A DNA stretch of 64,000 nucleotides from a phage. The translations under genes and the position numbers were made by a program. The notes under the pieces are model-generated. The model saw only the letters and a list, made by a program, of their open reading frames with translations, did no database searches and was not told the origin of the DNA. How positions within the stretch are numbered: position 1 is the stretch's first letter; each line of letters begins with the position of its first letter. The DNA lies in sequence record OZ335960.1; one strand, given 5' to 3'. Of the stretch, positions 22,971 through 32,828 are shown piece by piece.

Positions 22971-24065
22971 ATGGCAATTGTTAAAGAAATAACTGCTGAT
23001 TTAATTAAAAAGTCTGGCGAGACAATTTCAGCTGGACAGAGTACTAAATCAGAAGTAGGAACTAAAACATACACAGCCCAGTTTCCAACTGGGCGTGCTA
23101 GTGGAAATGACACTACAGGGGACTTCCAGGTAACAGATCTATATAAGAATGGATTATTATTTACTGCATACAATATGTCATCTAGGGATTCTGGAAGTCT
23201 CAGAACGATGAGATCTAACTACTCTTCTTCATCTTCTAGTATTTTACGTACAGCCAGAAACACTATCAGTAATACAGTATCAAAACTGTCAAATGGATTA
23301 ATATCAGATAATAATTCAGGAACAATAAGTAAAGTTCCTGTTGCAAATATTCTTTTACCGAGATCTAAATCCGATGTTGATACATCATCACATAGATTTA
23401 ACGATGTTCAAGATAGTCTTATTACAAAAGGTGGAGGTACTGCTACTGGCGTGTTAAGCAATATGGCTTCAACTGCAGTATTTGGAGCACTGGAAAGTAT
23501 AACACAAGGTATAATGGCTGATAATAATGAACAGATTTATACGACAGCCAGAAGTATGTATGGTGGTGCTGAGAATAGAACTAAAGTGTTCACTTGGGAT
23601 TTGACTCCGCGTTCCACGGAAGATTTAATGGCTATTATTAATATCTATCAATATTTTAACTATTTTTCTTATGGTGAAACGGGTAAATCTCAATATGCTG
23701 CTGAAATAAAAGGATATCTAGATGAGTGGTATCGCTCTACTTTTATTGAGCCATTAACTCCAGAAGATGCAGTTAAAAATAAGACGTTATTTGAGAAAAT
23801 GACATCGAGTTTAACTAACGTTCTTGTAGTTTCAAACCCGACAATTTGGATGGTTAAAAACTTTGGCGCAACTTCTAAATTTGACGGAAAAACAGAAGTG
23901 TTTGGACCGTGTCAAATTCAAAGTATTAGATTTGATAAAACTCCGAATGGTAATTTTAACGGATTAGCTATTGCTCCTAACCTTCCAAGTTCTTTTACAC
24001 TCGAGATTACTATGAGAGAGATTATCACGTTAAACCGTGCTTCTTTATATACGGGGACTTTCTAA
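22971..24065 (+). CDS. 48: Baseplate tail-tube junction protein gp48
   Basis: 364-aa ORF, synteny 29-48-54. Confidence 0.9.
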   Translation: MAIVKEITADLIKKSGETISAGQSTKSEVGTKTYTAQFPTGRASGNDTTGDFQVTDLYKNGLLFTAYNMSSRDSGSLRTMRSNYSSSSSSILRTARNTISNTVSKLSNGLISDNNSGTISKVPVANILLPRSKSDVDTSSHRFNDVQDSLITKGGGTATGVLSNMASTAVFGALESITQGIMADNNEQIYTTARSMYGGAENRTKVFTWDLTPRSTEDLMAIINIYQYFNYFSYGETGKSQYAAEIKGYLDEWYRSTFIEPLTPEDAVKNKTLFEKMTSSLTNVLVVSNPTIWMVKNFGATSKFDGKTEVFGPCQIQSIRFDKTPNGNFNGLAIAPNLPSSFTLEITMREIITLNRASLYTGTF

Positions 24066-25030
24066 TGTATTCTTTAGAGGAATTTAATAACCAAGCAATA
24101 AACGCAGACTTCCAACGTAATAATATGTTTAGCTGCGTTTTTGCCACTACTCCATCAACTAAAAGCTCATCATTAATAAGCTCAATTAGTAACTTTGCTT
24201 ATAACAACTTGGGGCTAAATTCAGACTGGTTAGGATTGACTCAAGGCGATATTAATCAGGGAATTACCACGCTAATTACTGCTGGCACACAAAAACTGAT
24301 AAGAAAATCAGGGGTTAGTAAATATCTTATTGGTGCAATGAGTCAACGCACAGTTCAAAGTTTATTAGGTTCATTTACAGTTGGTACATATTTAATTGAC
24401 TTCTTTAACATGGCATATAACTCATCTGGATTGATGATATATTCTGTAAAAATGCCAGAGAATAGATTATCCTATGAAACTGACTGGAACTATAACTCTC
24501 CTAATATTCGTATAACTGGGAGAGAATTAGACCCTTTGGTTATTTCATTTAGAATGGATTCAGAAGCTTGTAACTATCGTGCAATGCAAGACTGGGTTAA
24601 CGCTGTTCAAGACCCAGTAACTGGACTGCGTGCTTTGCCGCAAGATGTCGAGGCAGATATTCAGGTTAATCTTCATGCTCGTAATGGATTACCTCATACT
24701 GCAGTGATGTTCACCGGATGCATTCCAATGTCAGTGAGCGCTCCTGAGTTATCATATGATGGAGATAACCAAATAACTACGTTTGATGTTACTTTTGCGT
24801 ATAGAGTCATGCAGGCTGGAGCAGTTGATAGACAAGCTGCCCTTGAATGGCTTGAATCTGCTGCTATAAACGGTATTCAAAGCGTTCTCGGAAATAGTGG
24901 AGGCGTTACTGGATTATCTAATTCGCTTTCACGACTTAGTAGATTAGGGGGAACTGCTGGAAGCATTTCAAACATTAATACTATGACAGGAATTGTCAAT
25001 TCGCAAAGTAAAATATTAGGAGCAATATAA
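24065..25030 (+). CDS. 54: Baseplate tail-tube initiator gp54
   Basis: 321-aa ORF, synteny; followed by strong terminator hairpin. Confidence 0.9.
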   Translation: MYSLEEFNNQAINADFQRNNMFSCVFATTPSTKSSSLISSISNFAYNNLGLNSDWLGLTQGDINQGITTLITAGTQKLIRKSGVSKYLIGAMSQRTVQSLLGSFTVGTYLIDFFNMAYNSSGLMIYSVKMPENRLSYETDWNYNSPNIRITGRELDPLVISFRMDSEACNYRAMQDWVNAVQDPVTGLRALPQDVEADIQVNLHARNGLPHTAVMFTGCIPMSVSAPELSYDGDNQITTFDVTFAYRVMQAGAVDRQAALEWLESAAINGIQSVLGNSGGVTGLSNSLSRLSRLGGTAGSISNINTMTGIVNSQSKILGAI

Positions 25031-25033
25031 CAA

Positions 25034-25064
25034 TGGGGACCGAAAGGTCCCCATATTTTTATTT
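25034..25064 (+). terminator. Rho-independent terminator after gene 54
   Basis: TGGGGACC-GAAA-GGTCCCCA followed by TATTTTTATTT. Confidence 0.8.
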
Positions 25065-25349
25065 ACGGAATGAAATGAAAGCAGCAACTGAAGCAACTAA
25101 ACTGTCTTCAATATAAACTTCAATTTTTACCGGAGCTTCTGACTCAAATTTACCTGTTACTACACCTTGGAAAATGCTTTCAGTCTGCTCTGGCTTTGAA
25201 AAATTTTCAGAAGGAAAAATTCCGAACTTTTTATCTGTTCCAAAAATTTTGATAAATTCATCGTAAACTGCTTCATTAAAAGCGTTATCAGCAGGAATAA
25301 CGCCTTCAACTACAAGTTCTTGACCTAAAAAGCGTAAAGAAGATTTCAT
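25059..25349 (-). CDS. Hypothetical protein (alt-downstream small ORF)
   Basis: 96-aa ORF with its own early promoter and SD (GAGGA) upstream. Confidence 0.6.
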   Translation of the reverse strand: MKSSLRFLGQELVVEGVIPADNAFNEAVYDEFIKIFGTDKKFGIFPSENFSKPEQTESIFQGVVTGKFESEAPVKIEVYIEDSLVASVAAFISFRK

Positions 25350-25380
25350 TTTGTGTTCCTCATGTTATGTCAGTAAGATT

Positions 25381-25410
25381 ATTATAACACAACACGAGGG
25401 ACTTGTAAAC
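25381..25410 (-). promoter_or_regulatory. T4-type early promoter (GTTTAC - 17 bp - TTATAAT)
   Basis: Minus-strand GTTTACAAGTCCCTCGTGTTGTGTTATAAT followed by SD GAGGA and the ATG of the 96-aa ORF. Confidence 0.75.
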
Positions 25411-27467
25411 TACATCTTGAACTTTTTAGACATTCCGTTGATGTTAACCAAAGAAGCCAAGATTTGAGAAACTTCGTTTTCCTCTTCTTTTGATTCTTCT
25501 ACAAGGAATTGATTAAACCCAGCCATTGGACGAACTTCACCAGTTTCCATTAGATGATCGCCATCATATACCGATTCTTCTAATTGTTCAGAAGGAGGAA
25601 CGATTGTGCCTTCGATTAGATACTTGTTATAAGCAGTTTCTTTCATCATGTACGTGCTTACTTTATTAATCTTCAACAAAATTCCGCGCGGTAGAATAAC
25701 TTCAGCTTCTGATGGAAATCCTGATAAATGACCTGGAACGATAACTTTGATTCGCTCAGCCCCTTTAATTACCATACCTACACTAGTTTCAGAATCTTCA
25801 TTAGCATATGCAGAATGACTACCCATATGCATTAAATCTTCGGCATCAACGGAACCTTCTCCTTCACCAGAAAATACTGCACCGGAATCATCTAGAGCCA
25901 TATAGTTTTTACCATGCTCACCGAAGATATTTGGTTTAAGCGATGTTGATACGAAGTTCTTGAAATAGAACATTTTATTTTCAATATTATGACGTAAAGT
26001 TTTAAAAGTAACTTCTTGTCCACGATAAAGCGTAGTTCCTGGAGGAAGAACTGAACCTTTGGCAAAGGCAGAATCCAACGTCTCGATGTGTTTAATAGCT
26101 CGTTCCATATATTCTTCACGAGTAGAATCCGGTTTACCTAAAAGGAACGAGTTCATTTCAACATATGAATCTGCGCAATAATCTTCAATTACATCAGACT
26201 CAGCCTGAGTTAATCCTTTTGGAGTTACTTCGGTGCTTGCGTATTCATATGCCTGAGCAGCAGATTCATTAATCAATTTATAAATGCCATTCATGACAAA
26301 TTGAATAATAGCTACCTTTTCGTCTGGTGTGGCTTTAGAACCTTTAACTAAATCATTGATAATTTTCTTAATAACATCAAAGCTATTAGAAATATTAATG
26401 TCAGCGAGATCGCTCAAAATTTTATCGGTTTTATAATCAAAAAATTCTTTATTCTTTAAATATTCTTGAGAACCTTGATGTGTTATATCGCTCTGCAGTC
26501 TGATAGACGGATCACGTAAACGCACATGGGCCAATGCAATATGATTTCGGAAGCTTTCTAGTTCATAATCGCTAGATTTAAAACGAGAAGCACTTCTCAT
26601 ACCACCGATAGCTCCTTTGCCGAAGTTTGAACCAATCTGAATAACGCCAGAGTTCATTGGTCCTTCTGCTTTATATACCGGAACTTTAGATTCAAACTCT
26701 TGATATTTCTTAGCGGCGAAGCTATCACCCTGAAGTGAAGCATCAACAGTAGAATATTGAGCTTGTGCTGCTAATCGACGACTAATTTTAGTTTTCTGAA
26801 TAACAGCTTGATCCGTGCGCTTATCATTTTCTAAAGCAATAGAAGCAGCAACAGCAACAGCTTTAGGAACAGCATTACCTGTTTTAACATCTACATAAAC
26901 ATCACCAACCTTTGATTCAACTTTTGTGAATAACTCAGTTGAAATAGGAGGTACACCTGGAATGTCTTCTAAATTGGCATTTTTACGGTAAACCATAATA
27001 TATGCATACTTTTTATCGTAATCCCAGATTTCCTTTAAAAGAACATATCGACCTGCTCCTTTAGTACGTACTAAACGGTCAGCAATAACTTGCATTTGAC
27101 GAGCAGCGCCATTTGTTTTACTTTTTAGTACGCGGAATAAGCATGCATCAATTTTATACTGTTTCATTGTTTGAAGAGCAGTATCAAAAACCGCATTAAT
27201 GACACCAATTGGATTTCCACCCAAGTTTTTAAGTTTAACTAATGATAGTTTCTCATTGACACCTATCATTACGATATGCATCATTTTATCCCCTGGCTTA
27301 ACGTTTTTATTTGTATCACCGCCAGAGGTGTATGTACAAAATCTAAATCCAGGAAGCACGCTTTCTTCACCGGCTTGAATAGCAAAAATTTGAGGTATTT
27401 TATGCTTAGGATTTAAGTTAACAACCGGCGCCGAAGCGCCGTCAAATAATTCTGTAATAAGTTCCAT
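25410..27467 (-). CDS. Alt-family ADP-ribosyltransferase paralog
   Basis: 685-aa ORF; N-terminus MELITELFD almost identical to the adjacent Alt; C-terminal ART motifs: YRG (Arg), FVSTSL (STS), SEAEVILPRG (E-x-E). Confidence 0.8.
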   Translation of the reverse strand: MELITELFDGASAPVVNLNPKHKIPQIFAIQAGEESVLPGFRFCTYTSGGDTNKNVKPGDKMMHIVMIGVNEKLSLVKLKNLGGNPIGVINAVFDTALQTMKQYKIDACLFRVLKSKTNGAARQMQVIADRLVRTKGAGRYVLLKEIWDYDKKYAYIMVYRKNANLEDIPGVPPISTELFTKVESKVGDVYVDVKTGNAVPKAVAVAASIALENDKRTDQAVIQKTKISRRLAAQAQYSTVDASLQGDSFAAKKYQEFESKVPVYKAEGPMNSGVIQIGSNFGKGAIGGMRSASRFKSSDYELESFRNHIALAHVRLRDPSIRLQSDITHQGSQEYLKNKEFFDYKTDKILSDLADINISNSFDVIKKIINDLVKGSKATPDEKVAIIQFVMNGIYKLINESAAQAYEYASTEVTPKGLTQAESDVIEDYCADSYVEMNSFLLGKPDSTREEYMERAIKHIETLDSAFAKGSVLPPGTTLYRGQEVTFKTLRHNIENKMFYFKNFVSTSLKPNIFGEHGKNYMALDDSGAVFSGEGEGSVDAEDLMHMGSHSAYANEDSETSVGMVIKGAERIKVIVPGHLSGFPSEAEVILPRGILLKINKVSTYMMKETAYNKYLIEGTIVPPSEQLEESVYDGDHLMETGEVRPMAGFNQFLVEESKEEENEVSQILASLVNINGMSKKFKM

Positions 27468-27470
27468 GAT

Positions 27471-29567
27471 TTATCCTTGAACGAACTTGTAAGGCATGTT
27501 TGCAATATCTATGCAAGACGCAATAATTCCAAGAGATGATTCGACTTTCTGTTTAACATTTGATGAAACAAATGATGCAAAATCAACTCTGTCTTCTATT
27601 TCAATATCACCTGTCATTGCAACTACTTCACCAGTTTCCATTAGACGGTCACCGTCATAAATTACTGATTCGGTGAGTTCTTCCGTAGTCATAACTTCAG
27701 CTTGAATGAGTTTTGTATTATTAGATGTTGTTCCGTCATTATTAGAAGCATCAGTTATTTTATTAACTTTGACCATCAATCCGCGTGGTAGAATAACTTC
27801 AGCTTCTGTTGCTATTCCGAGACTTCCTGGATATACAACATTAACTTTATGAGCTCCATCAATTGCCCATCCTATTTGAACTTTAACGTATTCAGGATTT
27901 TCTTTATACGCTCTTATTTCATTTGGATTAATAGTTATTCCTTCTTCATTTTTATCAACTGTCAATTCATTACGAGCTTCTGGTTCTAAAAGACCAATAC
28001 CAGCATGTGTAATTCCAAAACGTCCAAAAATGATAGGAGTTAAAGAAGTAGATACAAAATTTCTGAAATAGAACACTTTATTTTTAACTAGTGCTTCGTA
28101 TATAGGAGCAGTCATACTTTGAGCACGATAAACTGTAATGCCTTCTGGTATACGGTCACCATTTTCAAAAGCTGAATCTAAGTTATTTATAGCAGATTCA
28201 ATTTCTTTTTCACTCATTACATCATATCGTTCTGGATTGTAGCGTCCTAAAAGAAGATTATTGATGTCAGTATATCCTGAACCGCAATACTCTCTAATGC
28301 CGCGCTTTTGTGATGGAGTATATTTAGAACCATCACGGGCAATAGTAATATCAATCATTGGACCTGCACCAATTCCAGAAAAGCTATAAATCATTCGTTT
28401 GAGGAATTTAGTTTTTGCTGCGTTCCAGGAATTTTTAGTTATTTCTTCCCAGACTTCATCTGGCTGTCCTTTACGGGTTTTATTATGTTTATCAAGCCAA
28501 TTATCTTTATATTCTTCAAAGAGTTGATTAACAGCTGCTGCGTATTTCTCCAAACATTTTATTGAAGTAGTTGGTTCATTTTTAATCGCATTAAGAATTA
28601 CATCTTTAATCTTTTCAGAAACTTCATCAACCTCACTTTTTGAAAAGAATTTATAATCATAGTGAAGTTCATCTGCAGTTCCTTCGGCAATGATTTTTGC
28701 TGCCTTAGTTTTAGAAGCTAGTGAATTAATTCCAAGTTTCATTTCTTCCGCTTCGGGAATTAAAGGAGCGGTAGCAGGTTTATTGAAATTAGCTGCGGTA
28801 GATTCATACTTCTGGAATAATTCACTTTCAAATCTAGAAGATTCCAATGACTGACTTTGCGCAATTGCTCTACGGGAAATTTTAACTTTAACTATTACAG
28901 CTTGATCAGAACGTTTATCGTTTTCTTGCGCAATAGATGCTGCAATTGCCTCATTTTTAGTTACTTGAGCTCCAGTATCTTTATTGATATAAACATCACC
29001 GACCTTCGATTCAACTTTAGTAAAGAGCTCGGTACTAATTTCAGGAACTCCTGGAATGTCTTCTAATGATACATTTTTGCGATGTATAAGAATATATGCA
29101 TACTTTTTATCGTAATCCCAGAGTTCCTTAAGAAGGACGTATCTGCCACCTGAACGACTACGGATAAGTCTATCAGCAATAAGTTGAATTTGACGAGCTT
29201 GACCAGCAGTTTTAGACTTAAGAATACGGAGCATGCAGGCATCAATTTTATACTGACGCATCGTCTGCATCGCAACAGTAAAAACTGAATTGATGTAATT
29301 AATTGGGCTTGGACCGAGACCTTTTAATTTAGCAATTGAACCTTTGGCAGTTAATGTAAAAGGAACAATATGCATCATTTTATCGCCCATTTTTAAATCG
29401 CGATTAGTATCACCTCCAGATGTATAGGTACATAAACGAAAGCCTGGTTGTTCAATTGCGTCATCAACATGAACTGAAAAAATTTGCGGTATTTTCTTCT
29501 TTGGATTTAAGTTTGTAATCGGAAGAGTAGTATCTTCGTCAAATAATTCTGTAATGAGTTCCATCAT
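27471..29567 (-). CDS. alt: Alt, NAD-protein ADP-ribosyltransferase (head-packaged)
   Basis: 698-aa ORF; ART motifs VYRAQ, FVSTSL, ATEAEVILPRG; located next to DNA ligase gene 30 as in T4; TATAAATA late-promoter box directly upstream. Confidence 0.85.
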   Translation of the reverse strand: MMELITELFDEDTTLPITNLNPKKKIPQIFSVHVDDAIEQPGFRLCTYTSGGDTNRDLKMGDKMMHIVPFTLTAKGSIAKLKGLGPSPINYINSVFTVAMQTMRQYKIDACMLRILKSKTAGQARQIQLIADRLIRSRSGGRYVLLKELWDYDKKYAYILIHRKNVSLEDIPGVPEISTELFTKVESKVGDVYINKDTGAQVTKNEAIAASIAQENDKRSDQAVIVKVKISRRAIAQSQSLESSRFESELFQKYESTAANFNKPATAPLIPEAEEMKLGINSLASKTKAAKIIAEGTADELHYDYKFFSKSEVDEVSEKIKDVILNAIKNEPTTSIKCLEKYAAAVNQLFEEYKDNWLDKHNKTRKGQPDEVWEEITKNSWNAAKTKFLKRMIYSFSGIGAGPMIDITIARDGSKYTPSQKRGIREYCGSGYTDINNLLLGRYNPERYDVMSEKEIESAINNLDSAFENGDRIPEGITVYRAQSMTAPIYEALVKNKVFYFRNFVSTSLTPIIFGRFGITHAGIGLLEPEARNELTVDKNEEGITINPNEIRAYKENPEYVKVQIGWAIDGAHKVNVVYPGSLGIATEAEVILPRGLMVKVNKITDASNNDGTTSNNTKLIQAEVMTTEELTESVIYDGDRLMETGEVVAMTGDIEIEDRVDFASFVSSNVKQKVESSLGIIASCIDIANMPYKFVQG

Positions 29568-29587
29568 ATCCTCTCTAGTGTTTATTC

Positions 29588-29595
29588 TATTTATA
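29588..29595 (-). promoter_or_regulatory. Late promoter box TATAAATA (alt, minus strand)
   Basis: Forward TATTTATA ~25 bp upstream of the alt start on the minus strand. Confidence 0.55.
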
Positions 29596-29600
29596 AAATT

Positions 29601-29618
29601 AAAGGCCCGAAGGCCTTT
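29601..29618 (-). terminator. Hairpin AAAGGCC-CGAA-GGCCTTT between the 62-aa ORF and alt
   Basis: Perfect 7-bp stem with tetraloop; A/T-rich flanks. Confidence 0.55.
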
Positions 29619-29805
29619 AATAATCTATTGGTAAGAGAGTACGATATATTTCAAACTTTGGGCCTTTTTCATAGGTATCAAATGTTTCTGTGAATTTATT
29701 ATAAGCATATGCATCTATAAATTCAATCATAATTTGTGACACAGAAGTAGAAACATCTCCACCTTCTTTTTGAGCCACGACAATTGTTTCTAAGTAAGCT
29801 TTCAT
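29617..29805 (-). CDS. Hypothetical small protein between gene 30 and alt
   Basis: 62-aa ORF overlapping gene 30 stop by 4 bp. Confidence 0.5.
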   Translation of the reverse strand: MKAYLETIVVAQKEGGDVSTSVSQIMIEFIDAYAYNKFTETFDTYEKGPKFEIYRTLLPIDY

Positions 29806-31262
29806 AGACCAGTTACCTCATGAAAATCACCAAATACATCCTCGAATGTATTAGCTTTAGTTTTATCTTCACGTAAACGAATCGCAATCGGAAGAAATAA
29901 TTTAACGTAATCAGTGCGGCCATCAGATTTTAACCAACCGTTGCATTCGCACTCTAGAATTTTTCCAATATAATAATTTTGGTTTTCCATAATGCGAGTA
30001 CGGTCAAGTTCATGCGATTTTACACCGGCTTTATCTTTTAAGCCTGAACCAGCATTTACTTTAATTTTTCCACACTCTGATTCAAGAATAAATCCACCTG
30101 CTTTAGTAGGGTCTTTACGGTGAGGATAAATTCCTACAATTTTTAAATCAACATCAATTACTTCTTTAAATTTATAAAGATTTTTTGAACGAGCATTTTC
30201 CCACAATCCATCGGTATTTTTGAGAATAATACCTTCGAGACCTTGGTCAATATACTTTTTATAAATTACCTTAGCTTCATCTAGGTTATTTACTACTTGG
30301 TTTTCAATTAAAATTACTTTATCATATCCTGATGTCATTTGTTCTAGTTTAGAAAACCGTACATCATATTTTAAACGAAACGCCGGAAGACCGTATATTT
30401 CTACTAACGGGACATAATCCCAGACCTGAAACTTCATGCATTGAGCTTCTTTTTCTGAAATAGTTCCCTTTAAAGATTTATTGGCAATTCCATTAGAAGC
30501 AGTACGAGATTCAGCTACTTCGGCAAACTCTTTAGCTTTACTGATTTCAGGAGCATCAAAAAGAAAATCTAGACCTTCTGGCTCTTTTTCAACTTGCTCA
30601 TGGTATACCAATTCGCCATCGATTAACACGCCTTCTGGATGAATCTGGCGGGCTTCAACAGTCATTTTGATTAACTCTTCCTTAAGAAGATCTAATCCTA
30701 GATATTCATTACCAGCTCGTGATAAAAGACGAACATCATCTAATTCATCGCCTCGGACTTCAGCAAAACACCGAGCTCCATCTGCTTTTAACTGTGCAAA
30801 GGCTGGAAATTTGATATTCTTATTAATGCCCTTTTCATCATAAGAACTTGCCAGCATTTGAGGTTGTTCAGGAATTAAACCTGGCCAAACTTTATTTGCA
30901 ATAGATACTGAAGCACCACATTCAAGATCTCGCATCATAACTCGACGCAAAACTTCAACATCATCCTTTTTACCATCAGTGATATATCCAGTTAATTCCT
31001 CAATTGCAGCATTTCCAGTCAATTTCCGAGTAGCTAACGTGAATTCAATGAAGTCAAGCATATCGGTAATAGTCAGCATTCCAAAACTCTGGGTAGCAAT
31101 ACCAGGTTTAGGCCATTTCTTGATATAATACTGTAACCCACGAGAATAAGTCAGACGATATACTCGTTTAAGCAATTCATTATCTTTATTCTTTTCAAGA
31201 ATTGCTTGCTTCTGCTTAGTTGATCCAATAGATGCTATTTCATTCAGAATTTTAAGAATCAT
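29802..31262 (-). CDS. 30: ATP-dependent DNA ligase gp30
   Basis: 486-aa ORF; adenylation motif KADGAR; T4 ligase is 487 aa as I recall. Confidence 0.95.
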   Translation of the reverse strand: MILKILNEIASIGSTKQKQAILEKNKDNELLKRVYRLTYSRGLQYYIKKWPKPGIATQSFGMLTITDMLDFIEFTLATRKLTGNAAIEELTGYITDGKKDDVEVLRRVMMRDLECGASVSIANKVWPGLIPEQPQMLASSYDEKGINKNIKFPAFAQLKADGARCFAEVRGDELDDVRLLSRAGNEYLGLDLLKEELIKMTVEARQIHPEGVLIDGELVYHEQVEKEPEGLDFLFDAPEISKAKEFAEVAESRTASNGIANKSLKGTISEKEAQCMKFQVWDYVPLVEIYGLPAFRLKYDVRFSKLEQMTSGYDKVILIENQVVNNLDEAKVIYKKYIDQGLEGIILKNTDGLWENARSKNLYKFKEVIDVDLKIVGIYPHRKDPTKAGGFILESECGKIKVNAGSGLKDKAGVKSHELDRTRIMENQNYYIGKILECECNGWLKSDGRTDYVKLFLPIAIRLREDKTKANTFEDVFGDFHEVTGL

Positions 31263-31528
31263 TGCTCATCCTTCAAGGTTTGGTTTACAGCTCTATTATA
31301 AATCAATTCATCATTAAGCTCAGGCAAAGACCTATGATATGTAGTTCTAACTTTATTTCCTTGCATCCAGTGCTTGACGTAAATGAAACCTTGCTCTACA
31401 CATTTTTTAAAAATTCGTTCGTCTTTTTGAGCTCGGAATTCCGGATTGCATCTAAAAAATTGATTTACGTGACCATAATCACGTGTAGTATTACCTTCAT
31501 TTTCATAAATAGTGTGAACGACAAACAT
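31259..31528 (-). CDS. Hypothetical protein (T4 30.1 position)
   Basis: 89-aa ORF, translationally coupled to neighbours. Confidence 0.6.
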   Translation of the reverse strand: MFVVHTIYENEGNTTRDYGHVNQFFRCNPEFRAQKDERIFKKCVEQGFIYVKHWMQGNKVRTTYHRSLPELNDELIYNRAVNQTLKDEQ

Positions 31529-32367
31529 TAGAATGCTCCTTGGAAAATATTATCACCGCTAGTAGGTCTATTATACAAATACTCTATGCCACCAGGTTTA
31601 ATGTAGTTCCATGTCTGAAACGGATGTGTCTGATATGGATGATATAGATGATTATAAGGATTAAATCCAGGCGTTCTCCAGGTAGTGTTCCAAGGAAAAG
31701 AATCGTTTTTAACCATCTTCTCAATTAAATCTTTTATAGCTTTTTCACTATCAAAATTTTCTTTATTTTCCTTCGGTGAAAAAAGCTTATTTTCTACATC
31801 ATTCCATGTATAAACTCGCTGAGCAGTTTTTGGAATATTGTCACGCTCTCCTCGAGCCATCCAATAAACCGGAACATTTAATATTTCACTCGCGTGGTCG
31901 CAGTGGTGAGCGAGATCGTCAATATAACAAATTACGTTATATTTCTCTTTTGCCTTTTTGAATAACTCTTCTTTTGAAGAATCATGGCCACACATCATTA
32001 CTTCTGAGAAGGCACCAGGAAAAAGAGCATTCAAATTAAATTGACGATTCAGCAGAGCGTCAATAGAATCACCCAATGCTGTAACAGCTACAAAATTATA
32101 ATCTTCTTTTAATTTGTTAATTACACACAGGGCATCTTTATACGGAGACAAGTAACGAATAAAATCTGAACGATTGTATTTTTCAATTAGCTTGACACCG
32201 AGTTCTTCATCACAATTAAAGAGTTTACCCGGAGAAATAAATTTCTCATCTTGGATCATTTTTAAAATATGTTCTAACGGAAGATTATATTTCTGAGCAA
32301 AATAAGGAAGTCCTGATTGCCAGCTTAAACATACTCCATCAATATCAGTTAAAATAGTAGGCTTCAT
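31528..32367 (-). CDS. HAD-superfamily phosphatase-like protein (T4 30.2 position)
   Basis: 279-aa ORF; N-terminal HAD motif I ILTDIDGV (DxDG). Confidence 0.7.
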   Translation of the reverse strand: MKPTILTDIDGVCLSWQSGLPYFAQKYNLPLEHILKMIQDEKFISPGKLFNCDEELGVKLIEKYNRSDFIRYLSPYKDALCVINKLKEDYNFVAVTALGDSIDALLNRQFNLNALFPGAFSEVMMCGHDSSKEELFKKAKEKYNVICYIDDLAHHCDHASEILNVPVYWMARGERDNIPKTAQRVYTWNDVENKLFSPKENKENFDSEKAIKDLIEKMVKNDSFPWNTTWRTPGFNPYNHLYHPYQTHPFQTWNYIKPGGIEYLYNRPTSGDNIFQGAF

Positions 32368-32828
32368 AGAGAGTCTCTTAATAGGTTTAACACATCAATA
32401 AATTCAGCTTCGGTTAGTATTGTATCATCTTTTGTTAGACCACTAGCCATGCTGTGCTTCAAAACTTTTCCTTTCGAGGCTTGTAATGCATCACGAAAGC
32501 CCTTGTTTTGGAACGCTGCTTCAAAATATGCATTTGTGTATAATTCTTTCCACGCCGGAGAGTATCTTGAAAACGGAACTCCAAGCCAAAAGAGGGTCCC
32601 ACGGTCCTGAGCTCTAGCACAAGACCTTCCAGCTTGTTGGGCGGCAAGCCCGGATAACCCAAATATACGACGTTGCTGTTCAACATTTTTCACCTTGCAT
32701 CCTTGGAGGAATCCTTCGAGACCTCCAAATTGAATACCATCCATAACGAAAGGCCATTGGGCGAAATTACTTAATGCGCATGATGGCCATTTAAAATTGC
32801 TTCTTATCTCTAGCTCAGACATTTTCAA
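32364..32828 (-). CDS. NADAR/YbiA-like (DUF1768) protein (T4 30.3 position)
   Basis: 154-aa ORF; LSNFAQWPF...DGIQFGGLEGFLQGCK resembles the YbiA/NADAR signature (E. coli YbiA FSNFAAWP...DG..W...EHYFQAQK, from memory). Confidence 0.6.
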   Translation of the reverse strand: MKMSELEIRSNFKWPSCALSNFAQWPFVMDGIQFGGLEGFLQGCKVKNVEQQRRIFGLSGLAAQQAGRSCARAQDRGTLFWLGVPFSRYSPAWKELYTNAYFEAAFQNKGFRDALQASKGKVLKHSMASGLTKDDTILTEAEFIDVLNLLRDSL

